Shown here one piece after another: positions 9,036 to 16,886 of a stretch of DNA of 32,000 nucleotides (positions are counted from its first letter, which is position 1; every line of letters begins with the position of its first letter). The stretch is taken from contig JAKAKS010000039.1 in assembly GCA_021813405.1 (NCBI GenBank), forward strand, positions 11,451 through 43,450, written 5' to 3'. Below the pieces are notes generated by a model that saw only the letters and a program-made list of their open reading frames with translations, ran no database searches and was not told the origin of the DNA. The position numbers were made by a program, and so were the translations under genes. This DNA comes from Nitrospirota bacterium (GTDB taxonomy: Bacteria; Nitrospirota; Thermodesulfovibrionia; Thermodesulfovibrionales; JdFR-88).

Positions 9036-9116
9036 AAATAGCTATAATATCCGCTGGCAAGACTGGCAGACGTGCATAAATAAATGTGCATTAAATAAAT
9101 AGGAAACGGAGAAGAA

Positions 9117-10025
9117 ATGAAAAAGGCATTTTCAGTTTTACCGGCATTTGCACTGGTTTTATTGTCGTATGTTTTTGTCCCGCTTACGGCCAAAGCGGCT
9201 GCGGAAAACCCAGCGCTTCTTGTAAACGGGCAATGGCTTGCCGCGCACGGCAAGGCAGTTGTGGTTGATGTGCGGGCGGAAAAGGATTACGCGGCCGGGC
9301 ATATACCGGGGGCCATTAATATACCCGTGGACAGCCTTCAGGGGGGCCCGGACGCGGTGCCCTTCCCGGTAAAAAGAGAAGAAAAGACACTTGGCGCAAA
9401 CGGCCTCTCCGCCGGTTCAGAGGTGGTCCTGTACGGAAACAGGATTTCCGCATTCCGCGAATTCTGGATACTGGACTATCTTGGCATGCCTGATATCCAC
9501 GTACTGGATGGCGGGATCGAAAACTGGAAAGGCCAGACCGCCACGGCAAAAACCGAACTCAAGCCCGCTCAATTCAAGGCCAGGCCGGTCCGCACAAAAT
9601 ACGCAACAACCGCCTATGTGCGCGCCCACCTTAAAAAGCCGGGCGTCATCCTGCTGGATGCCCGCACCCCCGCTGAATATCATGGCTTGGTGGCGCTGGC
9701 CCTCCGGGGCGGCCATATCCCCGGCGCCATAAACATCAATGCCTGGGAGAACTTCCAAAAGGGGGCTACAATCCTTAAGACCCCTGCCCAGTTGAAGAAG
9801 ATGTATGCCGGGCTGAGCAGGAAAAAAGAGGTCATAGTATATTGCCAGAACGGGTCGAGGGCGGTCACCTCGTATTTTGCCCTTAGGCTGCTTGGGTTCA
9901 AGAAAGTTGCCACTTATATCCCCTCCTGGGTGGAATGGGGCAGCAACGAAAAGCTGCCTGTGCAGGAGACCAGCTATTTCAACTTCGTGCCGGTCATAAA
10001 AATGATGAAAGCGCTTAAAAAGTAA
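9117..10025 (+). CDS. Exported two-domain rhodanese, copy 2 (tandem paralog)
   Basis: 302-aa ORF, collinear with copy 1 over its full length. Signal peptide ending AKA-AA. Catalytic loop CQNGSRA. Shares the C-terminal YFNFVPVI motif with copy 1. Confidence 0.85.
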   Translation: MKKAFSVLPAFALVLLSYVFVPLTAKAAAENPALLVNGQWLAAHGKAVVVDVRAEKDYAAGHIPGAINIPVDSLQGGPDAVPFPVKREEKTLGANGLSAGSEVVLYGNRISAFREFWILDYLGMPDIHVLDGGIENWKGQTATAKTELKPAQFKARPVRTKYATTAYVRAHLKKPGVILLDARTPAEYHGLVALALRGGHIPGAININAWENFQKGATILKTPAQLKKMYAGLSRKKEVIVYCQNGSRAVTSYFALRLLGFKKVATYIPSWVEWGSNEKLPVQETSYFNFVPVIKMMKALKK

Positions 10026-10280
10026 GGTTCTATTCTACCTGGTTTTTCCTGCGGGGAAGAGCAGAAGTGCAACGGATTTGCCTGTTCCGTTATGGCGGCA
10101 TTCGCCAGTTTGTCTGTATCTCAGATGTGAAGTTTTGTTTTTTTTTCGCGGGGCGGGGTTCGTCTCCATCCGGCCTCGTCTCGCTTCCATATATTAACCG
10201 TCTGTACCATGCGGTTCGCATGAACACGGCAAACGGCCACCGGCAGGACGGCGAAGCGCCATTAAGAGTAAAATACTCTG

Positions 10281-10844
10281 GTGAAGCTCCTGCTGCACAT
10301 ATGCTGCTCCAACTGCGCCGTTTACCCCGTTGCAAGGCTGAGGGAAGGCGGGTTCAGCCTGAAGGGCTTCTGGTTCAACCCCAACATACATCCGGAGCCG
10401 GAATATGCCGGCAGGCTGGGCTCGTTAAAAAGGCTTCAGGCCCTCTGGGGCCTGGACATCCTCTACAGGGACCTTTACGGGCTGGACCAGTTCGTAAAGG
10501 CCGTGGGGGAAAACACGGCGGAGGGGGCGCGCTGCGCGGTCTGTTACAGGCTGCGGCTGGAAGAGGCCGCGGCCGAGGCAAAAAGGCTGAAGATGGACGC
10601 CTTTACTACAACCCTGCTGGTAAGCCCCTACCAGAAATTTGATATAATAACCGCCGAGGCGGCCAGGTTGGAATCCACTTACAACATACCTTTCCATTAC
10701 GAAGATTTCCGGCCCGGTTTCCGCGAAGGCATGAAGACGGCGGGTGGGCTTGGCCTGTACAGGCAGAAGTATTGCGGCTGCACATTTTCCGCGCTGGAAG
10801 CCGCCCGGCGCAGGGCTGAAAAAAAAGCGCACCCGCCCGGATGA
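10281..10844 (+). CDS. queH: Epoxyqueuosine reductase QueH (DUF208)
   Basis: 187-aa ORF. N-terminal LLLHICCSNC and C-terminal YRQKYCGCTFS, which are the Cys motifs of QueH. GTG start with no obvious Shine-Dalgarno. Confidence 0.85.
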   Translation: MKLLLHICCSNCAVYPVARLREGGFSLKGFWFNPNIHPEPEYAGRLGSLKRLQALWGLDILYRDLYGLDQFVKAVGENTAEGARCAVCYRLRLEEAAAEAKRLKMDAFTTTLLVSPYQKFDIITAEAARLESTYNIPFHYEDFRPGFREGMKTAGGLGLYRQKYCGCTFSALEAARRRAEKKAHPPG

Positions 10845-11065
10845 CAGGCATGCAGGACATAGGCAGATTCCTCCTCTTTACAGGCATTATCATTATCGTT
10901 ATCGGGCTTTTTTTCCTGCTGGCGGGAAAGGTCCACGGTATTGGCAGGCTACCCGGCGATATCCTGGTTAAACGGAAAAATTTCACGTTCTATTTCCCGC
11001 TTGCAACCAGCATTCTGATAAGCCTGGCGCTGACGCTGATACTGTGGCTGTTTGGCAAAAGATGA
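10841..11065 (+). CDS. DUF2905 family small membrane protein
   Basis: 74-aa ORF with two TM helices. The GRLPGDI...FYFP(L)ATSI pattern is typical of DUF2905. Its ATG overlaps the queH stop (ATGA 10841-10844). Confidence 0.75.
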   Translation: MTGMQDIGRFLLFTGIIIIVIGLFFLLAGKVHGIGRLPGDILVKRKNFTFYFPLATSILISLALTLILWLFGKR

Positions 11066-12114
11066 AAGCGAAGATATCCATGCGCGCTTCCTTTGTTTTC
11101 CTTGGGGCCGTCCTGATGTTTATTGCGGCATCGCCTGGCCTGGCCCGCGCCGTTTCAATCCGGGTCCTGATACTGGCGGATGAATTCAAATCCATACCCG
11201 CCCCAAATGAAAAACTGAAACTGCTGGACAAGGAGCTTGCCAAGCTGCTTGTGGGCGACCGCCCTTACAGCGGCGGCGTGGAGGTCTGGAGGGGTGAAAA
11301 CAGTCTTTACCTTATAGACTCTGTGGACCTGGAAGATTATGTGAAAAGCGTTGTCAAGGCGGAGACCGGAAGCAACTGGGCGCTTGAGGCGTTAAAGGCC
11401 CAGGCCGTGGCTTCCCGCACATATGCCTTGTACCAGATGCAAAAGAACAAGGGGCTTCTTTATGATGTTACCTCCAGCGTGCTCAATCAGGTGTACCGCG
11501 GAGACATCCACGATGACAAGGTGGAGAAGGCGGTTGATGAGACCGCCGGCCAGATACTTGTATACGGCGGCCAGCCCATCGAGGCCCTGTATCATTCCAC
11601 TTGCGGCAACGGCACCACTGAGGACCCCGCCGAGGTATTCGGCTTTTCAGTGCCTTATTTGAAGCCGGTGACATGCGATTGCGACCAGTCCCCATATTAC
11701 TCCTGGGCAAGAAAATTCCCGGTCTCGCAGATAGAAAACGCAACAGGCGTCGAAGACATAAAGAACATAAAAATAGCATCGCATACGGATACCGGCAGGG
11801 TAAAGGCGCTGGAACTTGACGGGGGAAACGGCCCTGTTATGGTAAATGCCACGGATTTAAGGAGGATGCTGGGCTGGCAGACGCTCCCCAGCACGGAGTT
11901 CCAGATGGACTTCACAAACGGCTACATGAACCTTGAGGGCAGCGGATATGGCCACGGGGTAGGCATGTGCCAGTGGTCCTCCCAGGAGATGGCCAGGGCA
12001 GGCAAAAGCTACACAGACATCCTCTCCCATTTTTACCCTGGTGCAACCCTTGTAAATTCCGATGGCGCGCCAGCGGGCGGCGTGCAGCAAGCGGCTACGG
12101 CAAGTGGAAAGTAA
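11062..12114 (+). CDS. SpoIID/LytB domain-containing protein (exported)
   Basis: EALKAQAVASRTYAL, YHSTCGNGTTED, SVPYLKPVTCD. Signal peptide ending ARA-VS. I prefer ATG 11062 (ATGA overlap with the DUF2905 stop) over the track GTG at 11044. Confidence 0.85.
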   Translation: MKAKISMRASFVFLGAVLMFIAASPGLARAVSIRVLILADEFKSIPAPNEKLKLLDKELAKLLVGDRPYSGGVEVWRGENSLYLIDSVDLEDYVKSVVKAETGSNWALEALKAQAVASRTYALYQMQKNKGLLYDVTSSVLNQVYRGDIHDDKVEKAVDETAGQILVYGGQPIEALYHSTCGNGTTEDPAEVFGFSVPYLKPVTCDCDQSPYYSWARKFPVSQIENATGVEDIKNIKIASHTDTGRVKALELDGGNGPVMVNATDLRRMLGWQTLPSTEFQMDFTNGYMNLEGSGYGHGVGMCQWSSQEMARAGKSYTDILSHFYPGATLVNSDGAPAGGVQQAATASGK

Positions 12115-13171
12115 GACGGGCCTCGAAACCAGCCTTTTTGACTTCACCCTCCCGCCGGGGCTTATCGCAAAAAAGCCGCTTCAAGAGCGGGACTCTTCCC
12201 GCCTTCTTGTGCTTTCGGAAACCGGCCCGGTGCATTCGTCGTTTTCCAGCCTGCCGGATTTCATGTCGGAGGGGGACGCGCTAGTACTAAACGAAACCCG
12301 CGTTATGCCTGTCAGGCTTATAGGCGAAAAACCCACGGGCGGCAAGCTGGACGTGCTGCTTGTAAAGAAGAAGCAGGACGGCAGCCGGTGGGATGCCCTC
12401 TGGAAAGGAAGATACACCGGCTGGCTGAAAATCGGCGAGGGTTTGTCCGTTTTTTTAAATGAGGACCGTGAAGCCGAACTGGTTTGCCAGGGCGGGCCGG
12501 ACAGGGCGCTGAAGGAGCACGGCCTCATGCCTCTGCCCCCTTATATAAAAAGAAAGCCCATACCTGAGGACGGGAAGTGGTACCAGACCGTATATGCCTC
12601 CAGGGAAGGCTCCATCGCGGCCCCCACGGCGGGGCTGCATTTCACGCCCCGCCTTCTGGAAAAACTCTCCGCTCGCGGCGTCCGGATTTTAAAGATAGTC
12701 CTGCACGTTGGCAGGGGCACGTTCATGCCCGTTAAGGCCGGCAACCTGGCGGAGCACCTAATGCTTCCGGAAGAGTTTGAGATCCCGCTTCAGGTTCTGG
12801 ATGAAATAAACCGGGTGAAGGGCGCGGGCAAAAAAATATTTGCGGTGGGCACCACCGTCACCCGCGCATTGGAGGGATACCTTTCCGGCCGGTACCAGCC
12901 GCTTCCGGGCGCTTCCCCTCAAACGGTGCGGGGACAAACGGACATATTCATCCGCCCCGGCCATAAGTTCCAGGCAGTGGACCGCCTTATAACCAATTTC
13001 CACCTGCCCAAATCCACCCCTCTTGTGCTGGCCTCCGCGCTGGCAGGCAGGGGCCGTTTACTAGGCGCGTACAAAGAGGCAATCTCCTTGAATTATAGAT
13101 TTTTTTCTTTTGGGGATGCTATGCTAATATTTGGATGTGGCAATGGTGATGAATCATCAGCCCCCAGTTAA
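12104..13171 (+). CDS. queA: S-adenosylmethionine:tRNA ribosyltransferase-isomerase
   Basis: LFDFTLPPGLIAKKPLQERDSSRLLVL, APTAGLHFT, GTTVTRALE, TNFHLPKSTPLVL. GTG 12104 is preferred and overlaps the spoIID-like stop. The track ATG at 12062 adds 14 residues with no counterpart in the usual QueA N-terminus. Confidence 0.9.
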   Translation: MESKTGLETSLFDFTLPPGLIAKKPLQERDSSRLLVLSETGPVHSSFSSLPDFMSEGDALVLNETRVMPVRLIGEKPTGGKLDVLLVKKKQDGSRWDALWKGRYTGWLKIGEGLSVFLNEDREAELVCQGGPDRALKEHGLMPLPPYIKRKPIPEDGKWYQTVYASREGSIAAPTAGLHFTPRLLEKLSARGVRILKIVLHVGRGTFMPVKAGNLAEHLMLPEEFEIPLQVLDEINRVKGAGKKIFAVGTTVTRALEGYLSGRYQPLPGASPQTVRGQTDIFIRPGHKFQAVDRLITNFHLPKSTPLVLASALAGRGRLLGAYKEAISLNYRFFSFGDAMLIFGCGNGDESSAPS

Positions 13172-13198
13172 AAAAAGAGCGGTTATGGCTCGTTTCCG

Positions 13199-14176
13199 GT
13201 GTTTCAAACGGTAACGGCACAAATAGAAATAGACCTCGACAAAGAGCTTGATCTTGTTACCGGCGGATTGCAGCCGGTGTTCGGCATGATCGAGGAGGCC
13301 CTGGATGTGGCCATGAGCTTCCGGGGCGACAAGCTCTTTGTGCAGGGCCCGGAGCCTTCGGTGCGGAAGGCGGAGCAGCTTATCGAGGAACTGCGGCTGA
13401 TAAACCGGCAGGGATATGTCCTTAAGCCGGAAGACGTAAGACAGGCCGTGGAGGCCCGCAGGCAGGGCGACGGCCCTTCCCTCCAGAACCTTTTCACAAG
13501 CAATATAGAGGTACCCTCCAGGAAGCGCCTTGTAATCCCCAAGACCGAATCCCAGAGAAAATACATAGACGCCATAAAAACGCACGACATAGTTTTTTGC
13601 ATAGGCCCCGCCGGCACCGGAAAGACTTACCTGGCCATGGCCATGGGCGTAAACGCCCTTCTGAAAAAGGAAGTAAACCGCATAGTGCTGGCCAGGCCCG
13701 CAGTGGAAGCGGGCGAGAAACTTGGCTTTCTGCCCGGAGACATCTACGAGAAGGTAAACCCTTACCTGCGCCCGCTTTATGACGCCCTTTTTGATATGAT
13801 GGAGGCGGAACGGGCCATGAGGCTGATAGAGAAAGGCATAATCGAGGTGGCCCCGCTTGCCTTCATGAGGGGGCGCACGCTTAATGACGCCTTCATAATA
13901 CTTGATGAGGCCCAGAACACAACCTCGGAGCAGATGAAGATGTATCTTACAAGGCTGGGGTTCAACTCCAAAACGGTGATAACGGGCGACGTCACCCAGA
14001 TAGACCTACCCGCGGGCAAGGCCTCCGGCCTCATAGAAGCCGAGAGAATATGCTCCAATATAAAAGGGATAGAGCTGATATATTTCACCGAAAAAGACGT
14101 AGTGCGCCACAAGCTGGTGCAGGATATACTGAGGGCATACGAGCAATATGAAAAACGGAAAACAACAGAAGGGTAG
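13199..14176 (+). CDS. phoH: PhoH family ATPase
   Basis: 325-aa ORF. Walker A GPAGTGKTYLAMA, Walker B ILDEAQN, ITGDVTQIDLP. Confidence 0.9.
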   Translation: MFQTVTAQIEIDLDKELDLVTGGLQPVFGMIEEALDVAMSFRGDKLFVQGPEPSVRKAEQLIEELRLINRQGYVLKPEDVRQAVEARRQGDGPSLQNLFTSNIEVPSRKRLVIPKTESQRKYIDAIKTHDIVFCIGPAGTGKTYLAMAMGVNALLKKEVNRIVLARPAVEAGEKLGFLPGDIYEKVNPYLRPLYDALFDMMEAERAMRLIEKGIIEVAPLAFMRGRTLNDAFIILDEAQNTTSEQMKMYLTRLGFNSKTVITGDVTQIDLPAGKASGLIEAERICSNIKGIELIYFTEKDVVRHKLVQDILRAYEQYEKRKTTEG

Positions 14177-15734
14177 CGTTTCAGCCGGCATAAAGGCCGG
14201 GCTTGGGCCGCAGGAACCCGGCGTAAAAACCGGCAGGCATGCCAGCCTGCCCACATACGGCGTTACGGCCCTGTTTGCAATGCTGGCTGCCGCCGCCACG
14301 CTAAGGACCCTCCGCGTGGAAACCATGGCCGGGGCCTTTTTTATCACTTACCTGCTGATGGTGGTCTTTTACCGTGATATCGTCCGGTATAAGCCCAAAT
14401 ACCTGGCAAGCGCCAAAAAGCTGGTGCTTCTTGGCATACTGCTTTCCGGCACGCTGCTTACCGCAAGGCTATGGGAGTTTGTTCTCCTGGGGATGTCCAG
14501 GGGGATGGGGATACCTTCGGGCAGCATTATGTATGCCCTGCCGGTAGCGGCAGGCGCAATGATGGCGATGCTGCTTTTTGATTCGCATACGGCCATCATG
14601 TTCTCCTTTATAGTAAGCATTCTGGCCGGGATGTCTCTGAGGGAGTCGCCTTTCGCGGTATACGCCTTTATGGGCAGCCTTACCGCGGCCTTCAGCGTTA
14701 TCAGGTGCAGGAAGAGGACGGAAGTGCTAAGGGGCGGGGCGTACCTGGCGGCTGTAAACATCATAACGGCGCTGTTTATAATGCTGTTTGAGGGGCGCAT
14801 CTCGCCGGAGAGGACCGTTTACGCGATTTTGTTTGCCTCCATGTCCGCCGTGTCCGTGATTGCGATAGTGTCGGTTGTGCTTCCCATGCTTGAATACCTG
14901 TTCGGTATAATGACGGACATAAGCCTGCTGGAGCTTCTGGACCTGGAACATCCCCTTATGAAGACGATGATGATAGCCGCGCCCGGCACATACCATCACA
15001 GCATAATAGTGGGCAACCTTGTGGAGGCCGCCGCCGAGGACGTGGCCGTAAACCCGCTGCTTGCAAGGGTAAGCGCCTATTATCACGACATAGGCAAGAT
15101 AAAGATGCCGGATTACTTCATAGAAAACCAGGGCGGCGGCGCAAGCAGGCACGAGCGGCTGACGCCCCATATGAGCAGCATGGTGCTCATCTCCCACGTG
15201 AAGGAAGGCGTGGACCTTGCAAAGCAGTACAAACTGCCGGAGACCGTTACGGACATAATAGAGCAGCACCACGGCACAAGCCTTATAACCTACTTCTACC
15301 AGAAGGCCAGGGAGAAGAACGAGGACCTGACTGAGGACGAATACAGGTACCCGGGGCCGCGCCCCCAGTCCAAGGTGGCGGCGCTTGTAATGATGGCCGA
15401 CGCCGTGGAGGCGGCCTCCAGGGTGCTGGCGGACCCCATACCGGCCAGGATATCGGGCCTGGTGAACAAGATAATAAACCACATATTCCTTGAGGGCCAG
15501 CTGGACAACTGCGACCTCACGCTTAAAGAGATACAGGCAATCAAGAAGCGTTTCATATACATACTTACGGGCATACTCCACAAGAGAGTGGATTACCCGG
15601 GGTTCGATTTCACCAAGGAGGGGGCCGGTGCCGGTACTGATATCCAACCGGCAAAGACAGATACCCTTAGATATCCGCCGGACAAGGAAGGACAGCCTCA
15701 GCCTGCTTCGTCTTTACGGGCTTACCGCAACTGA
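14148..15734 (+). CDS. pgpH: 7TM-HD (HDIG) phosphohydrolase, PgpH/YqfF-like, short form
   Basis: 528-aa ORF. Multi-TM N-terminal half, then an HD domain (HHSIIVGNL, YYHDIGK, EQHHGT). Overlaps phoH by 29 nt. Its low-complexity C-terminal tail overlaps ybeY by 107 nt. Confidence 0.8.
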   Translation: MKNGKQQKGSVSAGIKAGLGPQEPGVKTGRHASLPTYGVTALFAMLAAAATLRTLRVETMAGAFFITYLLMVVFYRDIVRYKPKYLASAKKLVLLGILLSGTLLTARLWEFVLLGMSRGMGIPSGSIMYALPVAAGAMMAMLLFDSHTAIMFSFIVSILAGMSLRESPFAVYAFMGSLTAAFSVIRCRKRTEVLRGGAYLAAVNIITALFIMLFEGRISPERTVYAILFASMSAVSVIAIVSVVLPMLEYLFGIMTDISLLELLDLEHPLMKTMMIAAPGTYHHSIIVGNLVEAAAEDVAVNPLLARVSAYYHDIGKIKMPDYFIENQGGGASRHERLTPHMSSMVLISHVKEGVDLAKQYKLPETVTDIIEQHHGTSLITYFYQKAREKNEDLTEDEYRYPGPRPQSKVAALVMMADAVEAASRVLADPIPARISGLVNKIINHIFLEGQLDNCDLTLKEIQAIKKRFIYILTGILHKRVDYPGFDFTKEGAGAGTDIQPAKTDTLRYPPDKEGQPQPASSLRAYRN

Positions 15735-16083
15735 GCTGGGCGTATCCTTCGCCGGCGCAAGGCTGGTCCGCAAGCTGAACCGGGAATTCCGGGGCAAGGA
15801 CCGCCCCACGGACGTGCTCTCGTTTCCCGCAAACGATCCGGCGGAGCCCGCCTCCAGCGCGCCTGGCGAAACACCTTTGCTTGGCGATATTATAATCTGC
15901 CCGGAAGTTGCCATGGCGAATGCGGCGGAATATGAAGCCAGCCTGGATAGCGAGATAAGAAGGCTGCTGGTCCACGGTTTTCTGCACCTGCTTGGCTACG
16001 ACCACGAAACCGGCCCCAAAGACGCCGCCCGTATGAGGCGGAAGGAAAAGGAGTGCTTGCGTGCCCTTGAAGCAATGGATTAA
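15628..16083 (+). CDS. ybeY: rRNA maturation endoribonuclease YbeY
   Basis: Zn-binding HGFLHLLGYDHE; RPTDVLSFP about 60 aa from the proposed start, as in known YbeY proteins. AGGAGG at 15616-15621 sits 6 nt before GTG 15628. The track start at 15490 would add 46 extra residues. Confidence 0.9.
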   Translation: MPVLISNRQRQIPLDIRRTRKDSLSLLRLYGLTATELGVSFAGARLVRKLNREFRGKDRPTDVLSFPANDPAEPASSAPGETPLLGDIIICPEVAMANAAEYEASLDSEIRRLLVHGFLHLLGYDHETGPKDAARMRRKEKECLRALEAMD

Positions 16084-16759
16084 AAGCGCCGGGTACGCCA
16101 TAGAGGGCGTGCTGCATTCGGCGCGCCATCAGCGCCACGTAAGATATCATTTCTATACGGCGTTTTTTGTCCTTCTGCTGGCGTTTGTAGTGGGTGTGTC
16201 CAGAACGGAGTTCCTCCTTGTTGCGGCATGCGTGATACTGGTGCTGATGGCCGAGCTCCTTAACACCGCGGTAGAGGCCACGGTGGATATACTTTCCCCG
16301 GAAAAAAGCGAGAAAGCCCGCGTCGCCAAGGACGCCGCGGCCGGGGCGGTGCTTGTCACCAGCACGGGCGCCGCCACGATAGGCGCGATAATACTTTATC
16401 CATACCTGGGAGAGATATTTGAAAAAGGCTTCAGGATTGCCAAGCAGGCCAAGCCCGATATTGCCATACTGGCCCTTGTGTTCATCCTCATTACCGTTGT
16501 TCTGCTGAAAGCAAAACTGGGCAAGGGGCATCCGCTTTCAGGCGGCATGCCAAGCGGCCATTCGGCCCTCGCCTTTTCGGCCTGGATTTCAATCACGTAC
16601 ATAAGCGGGAACTTTGCCGTCTCCGTCCTTGCAGCCGCCCTTGCCGTTGCGGTTGCCATATCCAGAATAGTAGGCAAGGTGCACAAGCCATTTGAGGTGC
16701 TGGCCGGCAGCCTTCTGGGGGCATCCGTAACCTTTGTCCTTTTCAAGCTCTTCTCGTAA
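16061..16759 (+). CDS. dgkA: Fusion protein: DgkA-type lipid kinase (diacylglycerol/undecaprenol kinase) + PAP2 lipid phosphatase
   Basis: 232-aa ORF. The N-terminal half carries the DgkA motif AELLNTAVEATVD. The C-terminal half carries PAP2 motifs K-x6-HP (KAKLGKGHP), PSGHS and SRIVGKVHKPFE (SR-x5-H-x3-E). Confidence 0.8.
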   Translation: MPLKQWIKSAGYAIEGVLHSARHQRHVRYHFYTAFFVLLLAFVVGVSRTEFLLVAACVILVLMAELLNTAVEATVDILSPEKSEKARVAKDAAAGAVLVTSTGAATIGAIILYPYLGEIFEKGFRIAKQAKPDIAILALVFILITVVLLKAKLGKGHPLSGGMPSGHSALAFSAWISITYISGNFAVSVLAAALAVAVAISRIVGKVHKPFEVLAGSLLGASVTFVLFKLFS

Positions 16760-16786
16760 TCCATACCTGGCGGGCCTTCGTAAATA

Positions 16787-16838
16787 TAAGATTTTCTTAT
16801 AAGTTCCTTGAGAAAATCTTAATTCATTATGCTATATT
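16787..16838 (+). promoter_or_regulatory. 11-bp inverted repeat plus extended -10 promoter candidate upstream of fdhA
   Basis: TAAGATTTTCT (16787-16797) and AGAAAATCTTA (16811-16821), separated by a 13-nt spacer. TTGAGA (16808-16813) is a possible -35. TGCTATATT (16830-16838) is an extended -10. The repeat could equally be a weak dgkA terminator hairpin. Confidence 0.4.
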
Positions 16839-16886
16839 AATTTACTAGGGTGTAACCGTAGTAAAAATTGAGCAATAAACCTTCAG

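Noticed and set aside
10026-10280. Possible preQ1 riboswitch or tRNA-like element in the 255-nt region upstream of queH
   Set aside because: The only tidy hairpin near the start (AGAGT-AAAAT-ACTCT, 10265-10279) lacks the A-rich tail and pseudoknot partner of preQ1-I. GGGGTTCGTCTCC (10155-10167) superficially resembles a T-arm, but no acceptor or anticodon arms can be drawn. The region remains unexplained, not assigned.
10067-10642. 191-aa plus-strand ORF starting in the rhodanese-queH spacer and overlapping queH out of frame
   Set aside because: The product is Gly/Arg/Pro-rich and low complexity. The queH frame has definitive Cys motifs, so the overlap is a frame artefact.
14727-15647. 306-aa minus-strand ORF antisense to pgpH
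   Set aside because: The composition is His/Tyr/Arg/Val-biased with no motifs. It lies entirely inside a CDS with unambiguous HD-domain motifs on the other strand.
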